Part shown: one piece after another, positions 19,702-31,970 of the stretch
Position numbering within the stretch: position 1 is the stretch's first letter
How the letters are laid out: each line of letters starts with the position of its first letter
Assembly: GCA_964634305.1 (NCBI GenBank)
Contig: CAZWLE010000002.1
Span: 921 to 64,920 of the forward strand
Source of the DNA: an uncultured Candidatus Saccharibacteria bacterium
GTDB taxonomy: Bacteria; Patescibacteriota; Minisyncoccia; Phycocordibacterales; Phycocordibacteraceae
DNA: 64,000 bases
Direction of reading: 5' to 3'
Position numbers and translations under genes: made by a program
The notes under the pieces: model-generated
Seen by the model: only the letters and a program-made list of their open reading frames with translations
Databases searched by the model: none
Told to the model about the DNA's origin: nothing

Positions 19702-20796
19702 ATGGATGCAGGGACTACCGAAACACGCAGCCGTGATATCGTGCTCGATTTTTGGCGCGGCGCGAGTATTGCGCTCGTCGTGTTCCATCATCTGGTGTAT
19801 TTCCGGTACCGCGCAGACCTAGAAGCTTTCATGAGTGTATTGCGTGCGACCGGCGAGACATTCGCAGGTGCCTACGCTACGGCGATACTTCTCATGCTTG
19901 AAATTGCTGAGCGCGTCGGTCCATACGGAGTGAAGTTCTTTTTCGTCATTAGTGGGTACCTCATCACGAAACTCATGATGGAGGATGAAGAACGGAAGGG
20001 AAGTATGAGCCTTTTTCGTTTTTACGCTCGACGCGTCTTTCGCATCCTTCCCGCCTATGTCGTATATCTGCTTGCAGTGTTACTTGCGGGAGCTGTAGGT
20101 CTTATTGCTCGTGAGCCAGGGGAAGTCGCCCTTGCGGGCGGGTTTATGTGTAATACCGGGTTAGGGGGGTGTGGATGGGCAACGGTTCACACCTGGACGC
20201 TCGCTATAGAGGAGCAATTCTATATTGTCTGGCCGTTAGTATTTTTGCTTATTCCGCAGCGGTTCCGTACGCCATTTCTTGCAACGGTGCTTGGTCTGCT
20301 TATTCTCGCAAGTGCAAACGGTCTCTTGGTCGTGAACGGGTGGCTTGATAACGCGCTTGCGTTTGCCTGTATTGCCGCAGGTGCGCTATATGCTGCAAGT
20401 GGCAGAGTACGTACGGTGGTAACGAAGCGGGGGGTTCTCATCATTGCGCTCTTATCGTTGGTAGTGGCGGTTGCAGCGCTTGTGTCGGTCGATATAGCGC
20501 GTGTACTTTTCTATGCCTTTGTACCTGCGCTCCTCCTCATCATTATTATGAGCACGTACCGTCTGCCGAGCATCGTGCGCACCAGGGTGTTTTCACTCGT
20601 TGCGACACTAGGCCTCGTCTCATATAGCTTGTATCTCTGGCAGCAACTATTTCTCGCTACCCCTGATTTCTACACGTTTGAGATACATCCCTTGGTTACA
20701 CTATTCCTCATACCTATTACCCTCGCGTCCTACTTTCTGGTAGAGAAACCTGCGATACGATGGGGTAAATTGCTGCTTGCTCGCCACCATGCCTAG
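19702..20796 (+). CDS. Acyltransferase-3 (OafA-like) membrane O-acyltransferase
   Basis: LDFWRG, GVKFFFVISGYLI, FY.RR..RI.P, HTWTLAIEEQFY, SYSLYLWQ, SYFLVEKP. Confidence 0.92.
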   Translation: MDAGTTETRSRDIVLDFWRGASIALVVFHHLVYFRYRADLEAFMSVLRATGETFAGAYATAILLMLEIAERVGPYGVKFFFVISGYLITKLMMEDEERKGSMSLFRFYARRVFRILPAYVVYLLAVLLAGAVGLIAREPGEVALAGGFMCNTGLGGCGWATVHTWTLAIEEQFYIVWPLVFLLIPQRFRTPFLATVLGLLILASANGLLVVNGWLDNALAFACIAAGALYAASGRVRTVVTKRGVLIIALLSLVVAVAALVSVDIARVLFYAFVPALLLIIIMSTYRLPSIVRTRVFSLVATLGLVSYSLYLWQQLFLATPDFYTFEIHPLVTLFLIPITLASYFLVEKPAIRWGKLLLARHHA

Positions 20797-21859
20797 CCCG
20801 TTAAAACTCTACGTAAATAAAGCACTCGCCGCTCCAGGCATGAGTCATTTACCATTGCTCTATCCGTTCTGGGGGAGAATACAGAAAGACACGGTGCTCT
20901 ATATGGTGTCTGCAACTGAGCAACATGGGTACGACGCCACTTGCTTTACCTTTGTTGAGGATAGTGCTGACGCTGAATACGTCCTGATTCCTCACGACTA
21001 TTTTTTGCTCCGTAGCAGGCGCCCTGACTTGCTCGCGCGCATGATAGAAGAGGCGCAAACGGCAGGAAAGCCCATACTCATCGATGCCTCAAGTGACCAT
21101 GCTGGGGTTGTGTCTGTACCCAATGCCGTAGTGCTTCGTATCAATCAATATCGTTTCGAACTCCCGCCCTACGAGATTACGGTTCCGGTTGCATGCGAAG
21201 ACCTACTCGAGCAATACGGGAACGGCACGCTCCAGATACGTGAGAAACAAGAGCGAGCATCGGTGGGGTTTGTGGGGTGGGCGAATATGAAGCTCGTCCA
21301 ACGAATCCGTTCTCTTACTAAGGAGCTGCCCGTGCGGTGTATGTCACTGTTTGATGCGCGACAGGCAGCAAAGATAAAAGGAGTATTTTGGCGTGAACGG
21401 GCCAACCCTCTCTTTGTACGTTCCGCGCGCGTGGACGCTCATTTCATTATTCGCTCTTCCTATTCAGGACATACCGGAACCGTTGAGGGCGATGCTAAGA
21501 AGAATCGTCAGGAATTTATCGATAACCTTCTTGCTAATGATTACGCGCTCATTATTCGAGGTGACGCAAACGCTGCTACTCGTTTTTATGAGGCCCTTTC
21601 TCTTGGACGTATACCGGTCATTATCGATACGGCAATGGTGTTCCCGTTAGAAGACCGTATTACGTATCAGGAGTTCTGTCTCATCATTCCTCATCAAGAG
21701 TTTGAACGAGCGCCAGACATTCTTGCAGATTTCCACGCTTCGTTGTCGCCAGAGGCGTTTATTGCAATGCAACGTAAAGCTCGAGAGGTATTTGAGCAGT
21801 ACCTTCGATTCGATTCGTTTTCGCCTTACTTGGTTGACATGCTACGTAGCCGTCTATGA
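20789..21859 (+). CDS. Exostosin-family (GT47-like) glycosyltransferase
   Basis: VGFVG, YAL..RGD....RFYEALSLGRIPVII....FPLE..I.Y motif of the exostosin C-terminal region. ORF track start is 20777. Confidence 0.78.
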   Translation: MPSPLKLYVNKALAAPGMSHLPLLYPFWGRIQKDTVLYMVSATEQHGYDATCFTFVEDSADAEYVLIPHDYFLLRSRRPDLLARMIEEAQTAGKPILIDASSDHAGVVSVPNAVVLRINQYRFELPPYEITVPVACEDLLEQYGNGTLQIREKQERASVGFVGWANMKLVQRIRSLTKELPVRCMSLFDARQAAKIKGVFWRERANPLFVRSARVDAHFIIRSSYSGHTGTVEGDAKKNRQEFIDNLLANDYALIIRGDANAATRFYEALSLGRIPVIIDTAMVFPLEDRITYQEFCLIIPHQEFERAPDILADFHASLSPEAFIAMQRKAREVFEQYLRFDSFSPYLVDMLRSRL

Positions 21860-22668
21860 TTAACCCCGCTCTATCGTTTATGAAATGGGTGAACGGGATG
21901 CCGTTCCCGTTCACCATGCGTCACTATCAGATATTTGGTGCCTCCACAGACCACATGAAAGATGCAGCGCTCATGTCGTCTGATTCGTGGGATACGCTAC
22001 GTGAAGAACATCCCTTCTTTGCGATAGCAGAGACGCGTGAGGCATGGCTTGAGGCGAGTGAATTACGAATAAAAAAGGATGGGCAAGATGAGCGTCTCAT
22101 TGAGCGCGCTAAGGATATTGCGACACTCGTTACCAATCAAGGATTCGACCGTATTTTTTCTGTAGGCGCAGGTGGTGCTGCACTTGAGTACCAACTCACC
22201 AAGCTTCTTCCAGGCGTACCTATTGTTTGTTCTGATTATTCCAGTACTACGGTAGAGCGACTCAAAACGGTGTTCACTGAGGCTGCAGATGTAGTCACGT
22301 TCGATATTTTGGAAGGCGATTGGCGTAAGGTAAACGAAACGTATCTTGGCCAGAAAGGACTCTGTCTTATCTATCGCCTTGACGCAGGATTCTCTGACGA
22401 CGATTGGCGTCGTATCTTTGCTCGTATGCATGACGCCGCTATTCGTAACGTTCTTGTTATACCGACCGGAACGCTTACGTTGCTCTCTGTGTACAACCGG
22501 AAGCGCCGAGAGCTCAGTTGGGTGGTTGCGGGAACGAAGCGCATTTGGAGTGGGTATGTTCGCACTAAGACCGCATTCCTGAAGCAATGGAGTAAGGGGT
22601 ATCACGCAAAAGAGGGGAGATTTGGAGGTCTTGTCGGCTTCCTCCTTCAGGACCACCGAGGTTCGTAG
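21856..22668 (+). CDS. Probable class I SAM-dependent methyltransferase-like protein
   Basis: IFSVGAGGA motif I-like, CSDYS, TFDIL; lies within the glycan operon. Confidence 0.55.
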   Translation: MINPALSFMKWVNGMPFPFTMRHYQIFGASTDHMKDAALMSSDSWDTLREEHPFFAIAETREAWLEASELRIKKDGQDERLIERAKDIATLVTNQGFDRIFSVGAGGAALEYQLTKLLPGVPIVCSDYSSTTVERLKTVFTEAADVVTFDILEGDWRKVNETYLGQKGLCLIYRLDAGFSDDDWRRIFARMHDAAIRNVLVIPTGTLTLLSVYNRKRRELSWVVAGTKRIWSGYVRTKTAFLKQWSKGYHAKEGRFGGLVGFLLQDHRGS

Positions 22669-22684
22669 TACTATGCCCGCATCT

Positions 22685-23959
22685 ATGTCAGGCACCGATA
22701 TTCAACGCGCAGCGATAGAACCCCTTTGCCGCACCGTATCTACGTGTCGCATGTGTCATTCGAAGGAATTGGCCCTCTACCTTGATTTAGGTACGCATCC
22801 GCCGTCTGATCAGTTCCGTACTAAGGAAGAGCTCGATATACCGGAAGTTCGCTACCCGCTTCGGGTCCTGCTTTGCACTACTTGCGGACTCTCACAGCTT
22901 TCCCATGTCGTTGACCCTCGCGTGCTGTATCAACATGACTATCCCTACGAATCATCGACCACCAAGACGGGTAAGAAGCATTGGGATGAGTTAGCAGCAG
23001 CAGTAAAAGCACGACTCTCATTGCCGGAAGGTTCTCTGGTGGTTGATTTCGGCAGTAACGTAGGTACATTACTCGATTCATTCAAATCAGTTGGTATGAA
23101 GGTCGCGGGTATCGACCCGGCGCCGAACATGGTCGAGAAAGCGAATGCAGCAGGCATTCCCACTATTTGTGACTTCTATGGCAGTGCTGCTGCAAAACAG
23201 GTACGTGCCACACATGGCAAGGCAGCGGTCATCGTTGGTACGAATGTGTTTGCTCACATAGATGACCTCGACGCCGTTATGGCAGCACATAAAGAACTAC
23301 TCGCAGACGATGGAGTGTTTATCTTTGAGTCGCCACACATGGGTCCGCTTGTAGAACACCTTGAGTACGACACGGTGTATCACGAGCATCTCTCCTATCT
23401 TTCCCTCGAACCGGTAACGCTCTTTGCGGAGCGTCATGGGTTGGAAGTATTTGCCGTTGAAGAGAGTCAGATACACGGAGGTTCATTCCGCGTATATATC
23501 GGTGCGAAGCATCAACACCCGATTGATGCTAGTGTTGCAGCGCTTATCGAGCGTGAACGAGCGCAAGGTCTTCATAACCTTGAGCAACTGCATGTATTTG
23601 CAGAGTGTGTACGACAAAATCGAGAAGCGCTTCGTCGCTTAGTCGAAGGTGTGCTCGCAGAAGGGAAGACTATTGCTGCGGTGTCAGCACCAGCGAAAGG
23701 CATGACCCTCCTTAATTACTGTGGATTTACTACTCGTGAGCTTCCGTTTGTTACTGAGAAAGCAGCCATAAAGATTGGGCGGTACACTCCTGGCGGCTAT
23801 ATTCCGATTGTTGCAGATGAGGAGCTACTAGTACGCAAACCAGATTACGCACTGTTGCTTGCATGGAATTTTGCAAAGGAAATCATGGAGAATAATGCGG
23901 CGTATCGCGAGGCGGGAGGCAAATTTATCATTCCTGTCCCCGCCCCAAAAATCGTGTAG
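22685..23959 (+). CDS. NDP-sugar C-methyltransferase (second copy)
   Basis: CRMC...CTTC, DFGSNVG, NVFAH, YDTVYHEHLSY, HGGSFR, APAKG.TLLNY, LLAWNF, GGKFIIPVP. Start may be 22673. Confidence 0.9.
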   Translation: MSGTDIQRAAIEPLCRTVSTCRMCHSKELALYLDLGTHPPSDQFRTKEELDIPEVRYPLRVLLCTTCGLSQLSHVVDPRVLYQHDYPYESSTTKTGKKHWDELAAAVKARLSLPEGSLVVDFGSNVGTLLDSFKSVGMKVAGIDPAPNMVEKANAAGIPTICDFYGSAAAKQVRATHGKAAVIVGTNVFAHIDDLDAVMAAHKELLADDGVFIFESPHMGPLVEHLEYDTVYHEHLSYLSLEPVTLFAERHGLEVFAVEESQIHGGSFRVYIGAKHQHPIDASVAALIERERAQGLHNLEQLHVFAECVRQNREALRRLVEGVLAEGKTIAAVSAPAKGMTLLNYCGFTTRELPFVTEKAAIKIGRYTPGGYIPIVADEELLVRKPDYALLLAWNFAKEIMENNAAYREAGGKFIIPVPAPKIV

Positions 23960-23970
23960 TATTGAGCACA

Positions 23971-24357
23971 ATGGATATCCAGCGCAAAGAGCCAAATCAC
24001 ACGGATGACCGAGGTGAGATACGTGACATCCTCGCGCACGAGGAATTCGATGCGGTTACCTATATTACGTATACGAAGGGTGCCATCCGTGCGAACCACT
24101 ACCACGAGAAAACAGTACAGTGGGACTACGTTATCTCTGGTTCTTTGGAATGCTATTCCCGCGATGGGTTCGATGCGCCAGTAGAAATGCATATCATTGG
24201 CCCTGGAGATTTGGTCAAACATCCGGTAGGTGAGCATCATGCTCTTCGTGCGCTTGAGGATTCAGTTACGCTCGCGCTTGCGAAAGGTCCGCGTCAGGGC
24301 GATGAGTATGAGAACGATGTAATTCGTCTTGAGGGCGACCAGAAGCTCGTTTCTTAA
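23971..24357 (+). CDS. Cupin-fold protein (NDP-sugar isomerase/epimerase-like)
   Basis: DDRG.I, RANHYH, H...H cupin metal ligands. Confidence 0.75.
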   Translation: MDIQRKEPNHTDDRGEIRDILAHEEFDAVTYITYTKGAIRANHYHEKTVQWDYVISGSLECYSRDGFDAPVEMHIIGPGDLVKHPVGEHHALRALEDSVTLALAKGPRQGDEYENDVIRLEGDQKLVS

Positions 24358-24362
24358 CGTAT

Positions 24363-25484
24363 ATGCACGTCCCTGTCGGAAAACCCCTCTTCGGTGACGT
24401 AGAGCGAGAATATGTTAATGATGCGCTCACTAAGACGGAAATCTCCGGCTTTTCGGGTGGATACACTACGAAGTTTGAGCAGGCATTCGCTGCGTTTTGC
24501 GGCACTAAAGAAGCGGTAACGGCATCAAGCGGTACCACGGCGCTTCATCTTGCGCTTGCCGGTCTTCGTATCGGTCCTGGCGATGAAGTCATTACACAGT
24601 CGTTTACCAACATGGCGACCTTTTTCGCCATTCTCTACCAAGGTGCTGTTCCGGTACCAGTCGATTCAGAACCAGATACGCTCAACATCGACCCTGCTCT
24701 TATTGAGGCGAAGATAACGTCACGCACAAAAGCGATTATGGTGGTCCATATATATGGTCACCCTGTCGACATGGGCCCGGTCATGGAGATAGCGCGTAAG
24801 CATAATCTGCTCGTCATTGAGGACGCAGCAGAAGCGCATGGCGCAGAATATAACGGTCAACGGGTCGGCAGCTTCGGAGACGCTGCGTGCTTTAGTTTTT
24901 ATGCCAACAAGATAATCACGACAGGGGAGGGTGGCATGGTGACCACGAATAATCCAGAACTTGCCGCACGTATGCGAAGTCTGAAGGGTCTTGCCTTTGG
25001 TAAGGAAAACAAGTTCATGCACGAAGATATTGGATACAACTACCGTATGACCAATCTCCAGGCAGCGTTTGGGGCAGCACAGATGACGCATGCCGAAGAC
25101 TTGGTAGCGCGTAAACGTGCTATCGCGGCGTACTACCTCACACACCTTCAAGGTCTTTCAGGCGTTCGTCTTCCTGTAGAGAAGCCCTATGCAAAGAATG
25201 TGTACTGGATGTTCAACGTAGTACTCGAAGGTGCCCTTGAAGGAAAGCGTGCTGACGTTATGCGTGAACTTCTCGCGCGCGGTGTGGAAACGCGAGAAGA
25301 TTTTCTTCCTGCAAACGACCAGGACATCTTCCAGGCTCGCGGGTTCACGAAGGCTGAAGACTGTCCCCATGCAAGCTACGCAGGGAAGAACGGATTCTAT
25401 CTCCCAAGTGGCACTGATATTAGTGAAGAGGAGCAAGCGCATGTTGTGACGATGATGAAAGAGGTCGTCGCTACACTGACGTAG
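24363..25484 (+). CDS. DegT/DnrJ/EryC1/StrS aminotransferase, perosamine-synthase-like
   Basis: SSGTTALHLA, VHIYGHP, EDAAEAHGA, SFYANKIITTGEGG, GYNYRMTNLQAA, YLPS. Confidence 0.92.
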   Translation: MHVPVGKPLFGDVEREYVNDALTKTEISGFSGGYTTKFEQAFAAFCGTKEAVTASSGTTALHLALAGLRIGPGDEVITQSFTNMATFFAILYQGAVPVPVDSEPDTLNIDPALIEAKITSRTKAIMVVHIYGHPVDMGPVMEIARKHNLLVIEDAAEAHGAEYNGQRVGSFGDAACFSFYANKIITTGEGGMVTTNNPELAARMRSLKGLAFGKENKFMHEDIGYNYRMTNLQAAFGAAQMTHAEDLVARKRAIAAYYLTHLQGLSGVRLPVEKPYAKNVYWMFNVVLEGALEGKRADVMRELLARGVETREDFLPANDQDIFQARGFTKAEDCPHASYAGKNGFYLPSGTDISEEEQAHVVTMMKEVVATLT

Positions 25485-25485
25485 T

Positions 25486-27755
<2,270 letters not shown>

Positions 27756-27828
27756 CTTTCTTTTTCGCAGGAACGTGTTATTTTGTGAGTCCCTGACCTC
27801 ATGGTCGTAGTCGAAAAGGGAGGCGTCT

Positions 27829-28143
27829 ATGGCGCTTTTGCACACCGTCCTTGTGTCATTTTGGGATGATGTTACTCCCGACACCACGAGGGAATACATC
27901 TACAAGAAGTATCAGACGCTTGCCGAAAAATGCGGTGGCGCTGATGCAGGCATCCTGAAATGCCATGTCGGCTGGAACAAGGACCTTCGGAAGAAGGTCG
28001 GGAGAGAGTGGCATCTCTCAATAGTCATTTGGTTCCGTGATGACGATGCTCTCCAGGCATTCCGACGCCATCCAGAACATACGGAGCTCACCAACCTTCT
28101 TCGCACGTGCGGTGATTGGGTGGTGGCTGACATCGACATCTGA
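27829..28143 (+). CDS. Dabb (stress-responsive alpha/beta barrel) family protein
   Basis: H.VL..F at the N-terminus, F.D.DALQAFRRHPEH, VVADI at the C-terminus; AAGGGAGG upstream. Confidence 0.78.
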   Translation: MALLHTVLVSFWDDVTPDTTREYIYKKYQTLAEKCGGADAGILKCHVGWNKDLRKKVGREWHLSIVIWFRDDDALQAFRRHPEHTELTNLLRTCGDWVVADIDI

Positions 28144-28160
28144 TTGGTAGTCAGCAATAC

Positions 28161-28188
28161 ACGCCTCGGGACATAGTTCCTGGGGCGT
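28161..28188 (+). terminator. Hairpin downstream of the Dabb gene
   Basis: ACGCCTCGGGA-CATAGT-TCCTGGGGCGT, 11-bp stem with two G-U pairs; the U-tract is weak. Confidence 0.45.
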
Positions 28189-28228
28189 TGCTGTTACCTG
28201 TATTCGCAAAGGGTATACTGCCCCTATC

Positions 28229-29308
28229 ATGAGGATTACCTACCTCTCTACTGCCCGTATTCCCGATGAATGGGGGCATGTCATACAGATACTGAAGATG
28301 TGTGAGGCGTTTGCGGACCTCGGTCATACGGTGGAATTAGTAGTGCCTATGCGCGCTGCTACACCAACCACTGACCCATACGAGTACGTCGGCGCAAAGC
28401 GGAATTTCCGTATCACAAAACTTCCATGTCTCGATTTCTCTGCGACCGGAGAGGGAAAGTTTTTCTATTGGCTCCGTACACTCTCGTTTCTCATAGTTGC
28501 GTGTCTCTATCTTTTCTTTCGTCGTAACGAACTTATATATACACGCGAGCCTGCTGCTTCGCTCTTTTTCCGTGACTTTGCCTTTGAAGCACATGCAGTG
28601 ACGCCCGGCCTTAGTGGAGCATTAAAAAACGCTCGCACCGTTATTGCGATTACCTCATTCATAAAAGAGGAACTCGTCGCGGCAGGAGTGCCTACAGAGC
28701 GTGTCTTCATCGCGCCTGACGCAGTTGATCTCGCACCGTTCTCTTCGACCGAAGGGAAAGCAGAAGCTCGAGCACGTCTTGGTCTGCCTGATGGAAAGCT
28801 TGCGCTCTACCTTGGGCGCGTCGACGCGTGGAAAGGGTATGACGCACTGTTTGGTGCCGCTGTGCTTCTCGAGGACGTGACCGTTGTGGTAATAGGCGCT
28901 GAAGAAAAAGACCTTCCGTCCTTGCGCGCTGCGCACCCACGCGTAGTGTTTGTGCCGTTCCGACCATATAAAGAAGTAGCGGACAACCAGGCTGCTGCTG
29001 ACGTATTGCTCCTTCCCAACACTGCAAAGAACTCGATGTCCGCTCGGTATACGTCGCCGCTAAAACTCTTTACCTACATGGCCTCTGGCGTACCAATCGT
29101 TGCGTCCGATTTGCCATCGATACGGGAAATTCTCGATGAGTCGACGGCGTATCTAGTGTCGCCTGATGATGCCAAGGCACTCGCGGTAGGTATACGTACT
29201 GCGCTCGCACATTCTGACGAAGCAAAAGCACGTGCCAAGGCTGCTCGAGAAAAGGTAGAAAACTACACGTGGCGCAGCCGTGCAGAGCGTATCCTTGCTT
29301 CGTTGTAA
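28229..29308 (+). CDS. Glycosyltransferase family 4
   Basis: QILKMCEAF, APDAVD, GRVDAWKG, YTSPLKLFTYMASGVPIVASDLP. Confidence 0.9.
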   Translation: MRITYLSTARIPDEWGHVIQILKMCEAFADLGHTVELVVPMRAATPTTDPYEYVGAKRNFRITKLPCLDFSATGEGKFFYWLRTLSFLIVACLYLFFRRNELIYTREPAASLFFRDFAFEAHAVTPGLSGALKNARTVIAITSFIKEELVAAGVPTERVFIAPDAVDLAPFSSTEGKAEARARLGLPDGKLALYLGRVDAWKGYDALFGAAVLLEDVTVVVIGAEEKDLPSLRAAHPRVVFVPFRPYKEVADNQAAADVLLLPNTAKNSMSARYTSPLKLFTYMASGVPIVASDLPSIREILDESTAYLVSPDDAKALAVGIRTALAHSDEAKARAKAAREKVENYTWRSRAERILASL

Positions 29309-29309
29309 T

Positions 29310-29921
29310 ATGGCGCACGACACACAGACTGATTTTTTTAAAAAGCAGATAACGCGTATCTTCGCTGAGAAGAAGGTAATTATCGATATTGGCGGGGGAT
29401 TGCGTATCGACCAAGCGCGGAACAATCGGTACGAAGAAGGCTACACATGGATTCATCCCTATTTGGATACGGTTGACTACAAAGTGCTCGACAAAGTCTC
29501 CGATTTCAACCCAGACATTGTTGGCGACATCCACGCACTCCCGCTTCCTGATGAGAGCGTTGATGCGATTGTATGCATCGCCGTGCTCGAACATGTTGAG
29601 GAGCCACAGAAAGCCGTACGAGAAATGCATCGTGTGCTAAAGCCTGGTGGATACTGTTTTATCTTTGCACCGTTTCTCTACTACTATCACGCAGAGAAAG
29701 GCTACTACGGTGACTTCTATCGATTCACGGAGGACGGTATGTGGTACATGACCAAGGAGTTTTCTTCCGTCGAGATTGACCCTGTACGTGGTCCTATCAC
29801 CACACTCCTTAATCTCATCCCGTTCTTTTCAAAGCGTACGGGGTGGGCATCATTTCTTGATCGATTCGCGCGACCAGGCAGTAAGCAGGTGAGTGGCTGC
29901 AATGTGTTCTGCATAAAATAG
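29310..29921 (+). CDS. Class I SAM-dependent methyltransferase
   Basis: IDIGGG, GDIHALP, VLEHVEEP, RVLKPGG, DFYRFT. ORF track start is 29280. Confidence 0.88.
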   Translation: MAHDTQTDFFKKQITRIFAEKKVIIDIGGGLRIDQARNNRYEEGYTWIHPYLDTVDYKVLDKVSDFNPDIVGDIHALPLPDESVDAIVCIAVLEHVEEPQKAVREMHRVLKPGGYCFIFAPFLYYYHAEKGYYGDFYRFTEDGMWYMTKEFSSVEIDPVRGPITTLLNLIPFFSKRTGWASFLDRFARPGSKQVSGCNVFCIK

Positions 29922-29923
29922 TC

Positions 29924-30616
29924 ATGACCCATTTTGACCATCTCCAAAGTTTAGTGCCAGGGCTTTCAAGTAAACGCATCCTTGATTTGGGAGCAGGACG
30001 TGGAGGCTTTCTCATAGGACTCGCCAAGCAGGGTATTAGCGCTAAGGGTGTCGAGTATAGCGACACGTATATAAAAGAGGCAAAGGAACGAGCTGAGAAC
30101 GAGGGAGTTGTCATTGATGTGGTGCAGGGTGCCGCAGAAGCATTACCTTTTACTGAGGGATCATTCGATTTTATTAACGCCTGTGAGGTGATTGAGCACG
30201 TGCAGAGTCCTGAACTTATGCTCAGAGAGATACATCGCGTACTTGTATCAGGCGGTGCAGCGTACGTATCAGTCCCAAATCGATTTGGCATGAAAGACCA
30301 ACATTTCCATCTATATGGTGTTAACTGGGTACCACGCGCGTGGTCAGATACATACATTAGCCTCTTTGGAACACATAAGAAGTATGAGGACGCATCCGCG
30401 GGCCATCAGCGACTTCGTAGCATGCATTACTACACATTTACGACTATATGTGCACTTGTGGAATCAGCCGGATTGCAGGCACAAGACATACGGCTTCGTC
30501 GGATACGTTCGGAGTACAGCGGGCTAAAGCGTAGTTTCGCGTTGATACTATACCCGTTTCTTCGCTCCTTCTATTTTGATTCTTTTCACCTTCTTCTAAT
30601 AAAACCACAGAAGTAA
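29924..30616 (+). CDS. Class I SAM-dependent methyltransferase
   Basis: ILDLGAGRG, AEALPF...SFD, VIEHV, RVLVSGG, VPNR. Confidence 0.88.
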   Translation: MTHFDHLQSLVPGLSSKRILDLGAGRGGFLIGLAKQGISAKGVEYSDTYIKEAKERAENEGVVIDVVQGAAEALPFTEGSFDFINACEVIEHVQSPELMLREIHRVLVSGGAAYVSVPNRFGMKDQHFHLYGVNWVPRAWSDTYISLFGTHKKYEDASAGHQRLRSMHYYTFTTICALVESAGLQAQDIRLRRIRSEYSGLKRSFALILYPFLRSFYFDSFHLLLIKPQK

Positions 30617-30661
30617 GAATGCATGACGATACATCTTGGCATATAAGCGCCACGTAGGTAT

Positions 30662-31930
30662 TTATGAATTTACCGGATGTTTATAGAAATGTACGAGACC
30701 AGAAAGAAGTATTAAATTAAACAAACGACCGAGAATGCGTGCAACAATCGCACCCATGAGCCCATATCCTATGATTCCAACCACCAGAACTATCATCTGA
30801 AAGATTGGACTCAATATATTGAATATATATAGTTCACGTTTTGCGGCCTGGGCTTCAAGCAGAGTATATGGAATTGCATTTGAGATTAATAACAGTGAAA
30901 TGGCAAACACCTGTGAGTACAGCACAGCTTCTGGATATGCAGGGAAGAGAATACGGAAGATAAACGGTGCAAGTACGATGTAAACGAGTGCAACTAGTGC
31001 AAGCATGAGAGTGAATAGCCCCATTCGTTTCCAGAAATTACCAAGTACTTCATGCATTGGTCGATTTGAGAACTTAGGAAAGGCCAATGTGGCTACACTG
31101 TTTACTGTAGATTTTGCCTGTTCTGGCAACGCAGTAGCAAATGTGTAAACAGCCAAAGGAACCGCTCCAAGAAAGTGAAAAACGAGAATCTTGTCTGCTT
31201 GTTGTGAAATGGTGCTAATGACATTCATGGCACTGAAGTGTGCTGAAAGAGAAAAGAGCTCAGGACTTGTGTCGCCTTGTGGTTTGTAGATGCGATAGGT
31301 GTGTAAACACAGCAATAGACCAATAACGATGTTGCCGCCTAAATAAGCAAGTAAGAACATGACAGGGTCACTGGTTACTGTCATGAGTCCAAGAATCAGG
31401 GCACCAGTTACAGCATTCAGTACAATGCCGTAAAGCGCCATGCGTTTAAAATCCTTCTTACCTTCCAAAAACGACCCATAAAGCAGAGATACCTGCATGA
31501 GTGGTCCAAGGACCGCTATGGTGAGCATGCCACCTGCGAGCAGCAGATTATCGTTGAGTGCGTAATAGCCGGACATCGCAAGCGCTATCACAAGGAGTGG
31601 AGTACTGCCCATGAGACTAAGCGTGAATGCTTTACGGTACGTACCATCGAATCCACGGGCTATTGCACGTGAGAGAGCGGTCGGCAATCCAGTTAGTGAA
31701 AATGCGGTTAGTACCCAGAAGACAGAGAGCAAAAAGCGGTATGTACCATACGCATCTTTGGGAACTAAGTGAGAGAACGCGACCGAGAGTCCGAGCGCTA
31801 TGAGTCCGAGCGCAATCTGCCCTAAAGTGAGCCAAAAACCCCCTTTCACGAGATAACGCATATCAGTTTTTGTTACGCGCTCAGCTATCCCAAGACCCCG
31901 TTGGAGTAGTCGCTCAGATGAAGGGTCCAT
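30662..31930 (-). CDS. wzx: Wzx-like oligosaccharide flippase (MOP superfamily)
   Basis: Many hydrophobic helices; YG.Y, DKILV..FLG...LAVY, FPKFS, YGLMGA. ATG 31930 preferred over 32149, which overlaps the opposite gene; TATACT lies 6 nt upstream. Confidence 0.82.
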   Translation of the reverse strand: MDPSSERLLQRGLGIAERVTKTDMRYLVKGGFWLTLGQIALGLIALGLSVAFSHLVPKDAYGTYRFLLSVFWVLTAFSLTGLPTALSRAIARGFDGTYRKAFTLSLMGSTPLLVIALAMSGYYALNDNLLLAGGMLTIAVLGPLMQVSLLYGSFLEGKKDFKRMALYGIVLNAVTGALILGLMTVTSDPVMFLLAYLGGNIVIGLLLCLHTYRIYKPQGDTSPELFSLSAHFSAMNVISTISQQADKILVFHFLGAVPLAVYTFATALPEQAKSTVNSVATLAFPKFSNRPMHEVLGNFWKRMGLFTLMLALVALVYIVLAPFIFRILFPAYPEAVLYSQVFAISLLLISNAIPYTLLEAQAAKRELYIFNILSPIFQMIVLVVGIIGYGLMGAIVARILGRLFNLILLSGLVHFYKHPVNS

Positions 31931-31970
31931 TGGAGCAGTATACCGAGGGTAAGTGGTATAGTCTCCCCAT
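31931..31970. promoter_or_regulatory. Back-to-back putative -10 elements for divergent wzx and ligase genes
   Basis: 40-bp gap. TATACT on the minus strand (31937-31942) is 6 nt from ATG 31930; TATAGT on the plus strand (31957-31962) is 8 nt from ATG 31971. Confidence 0.6.
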
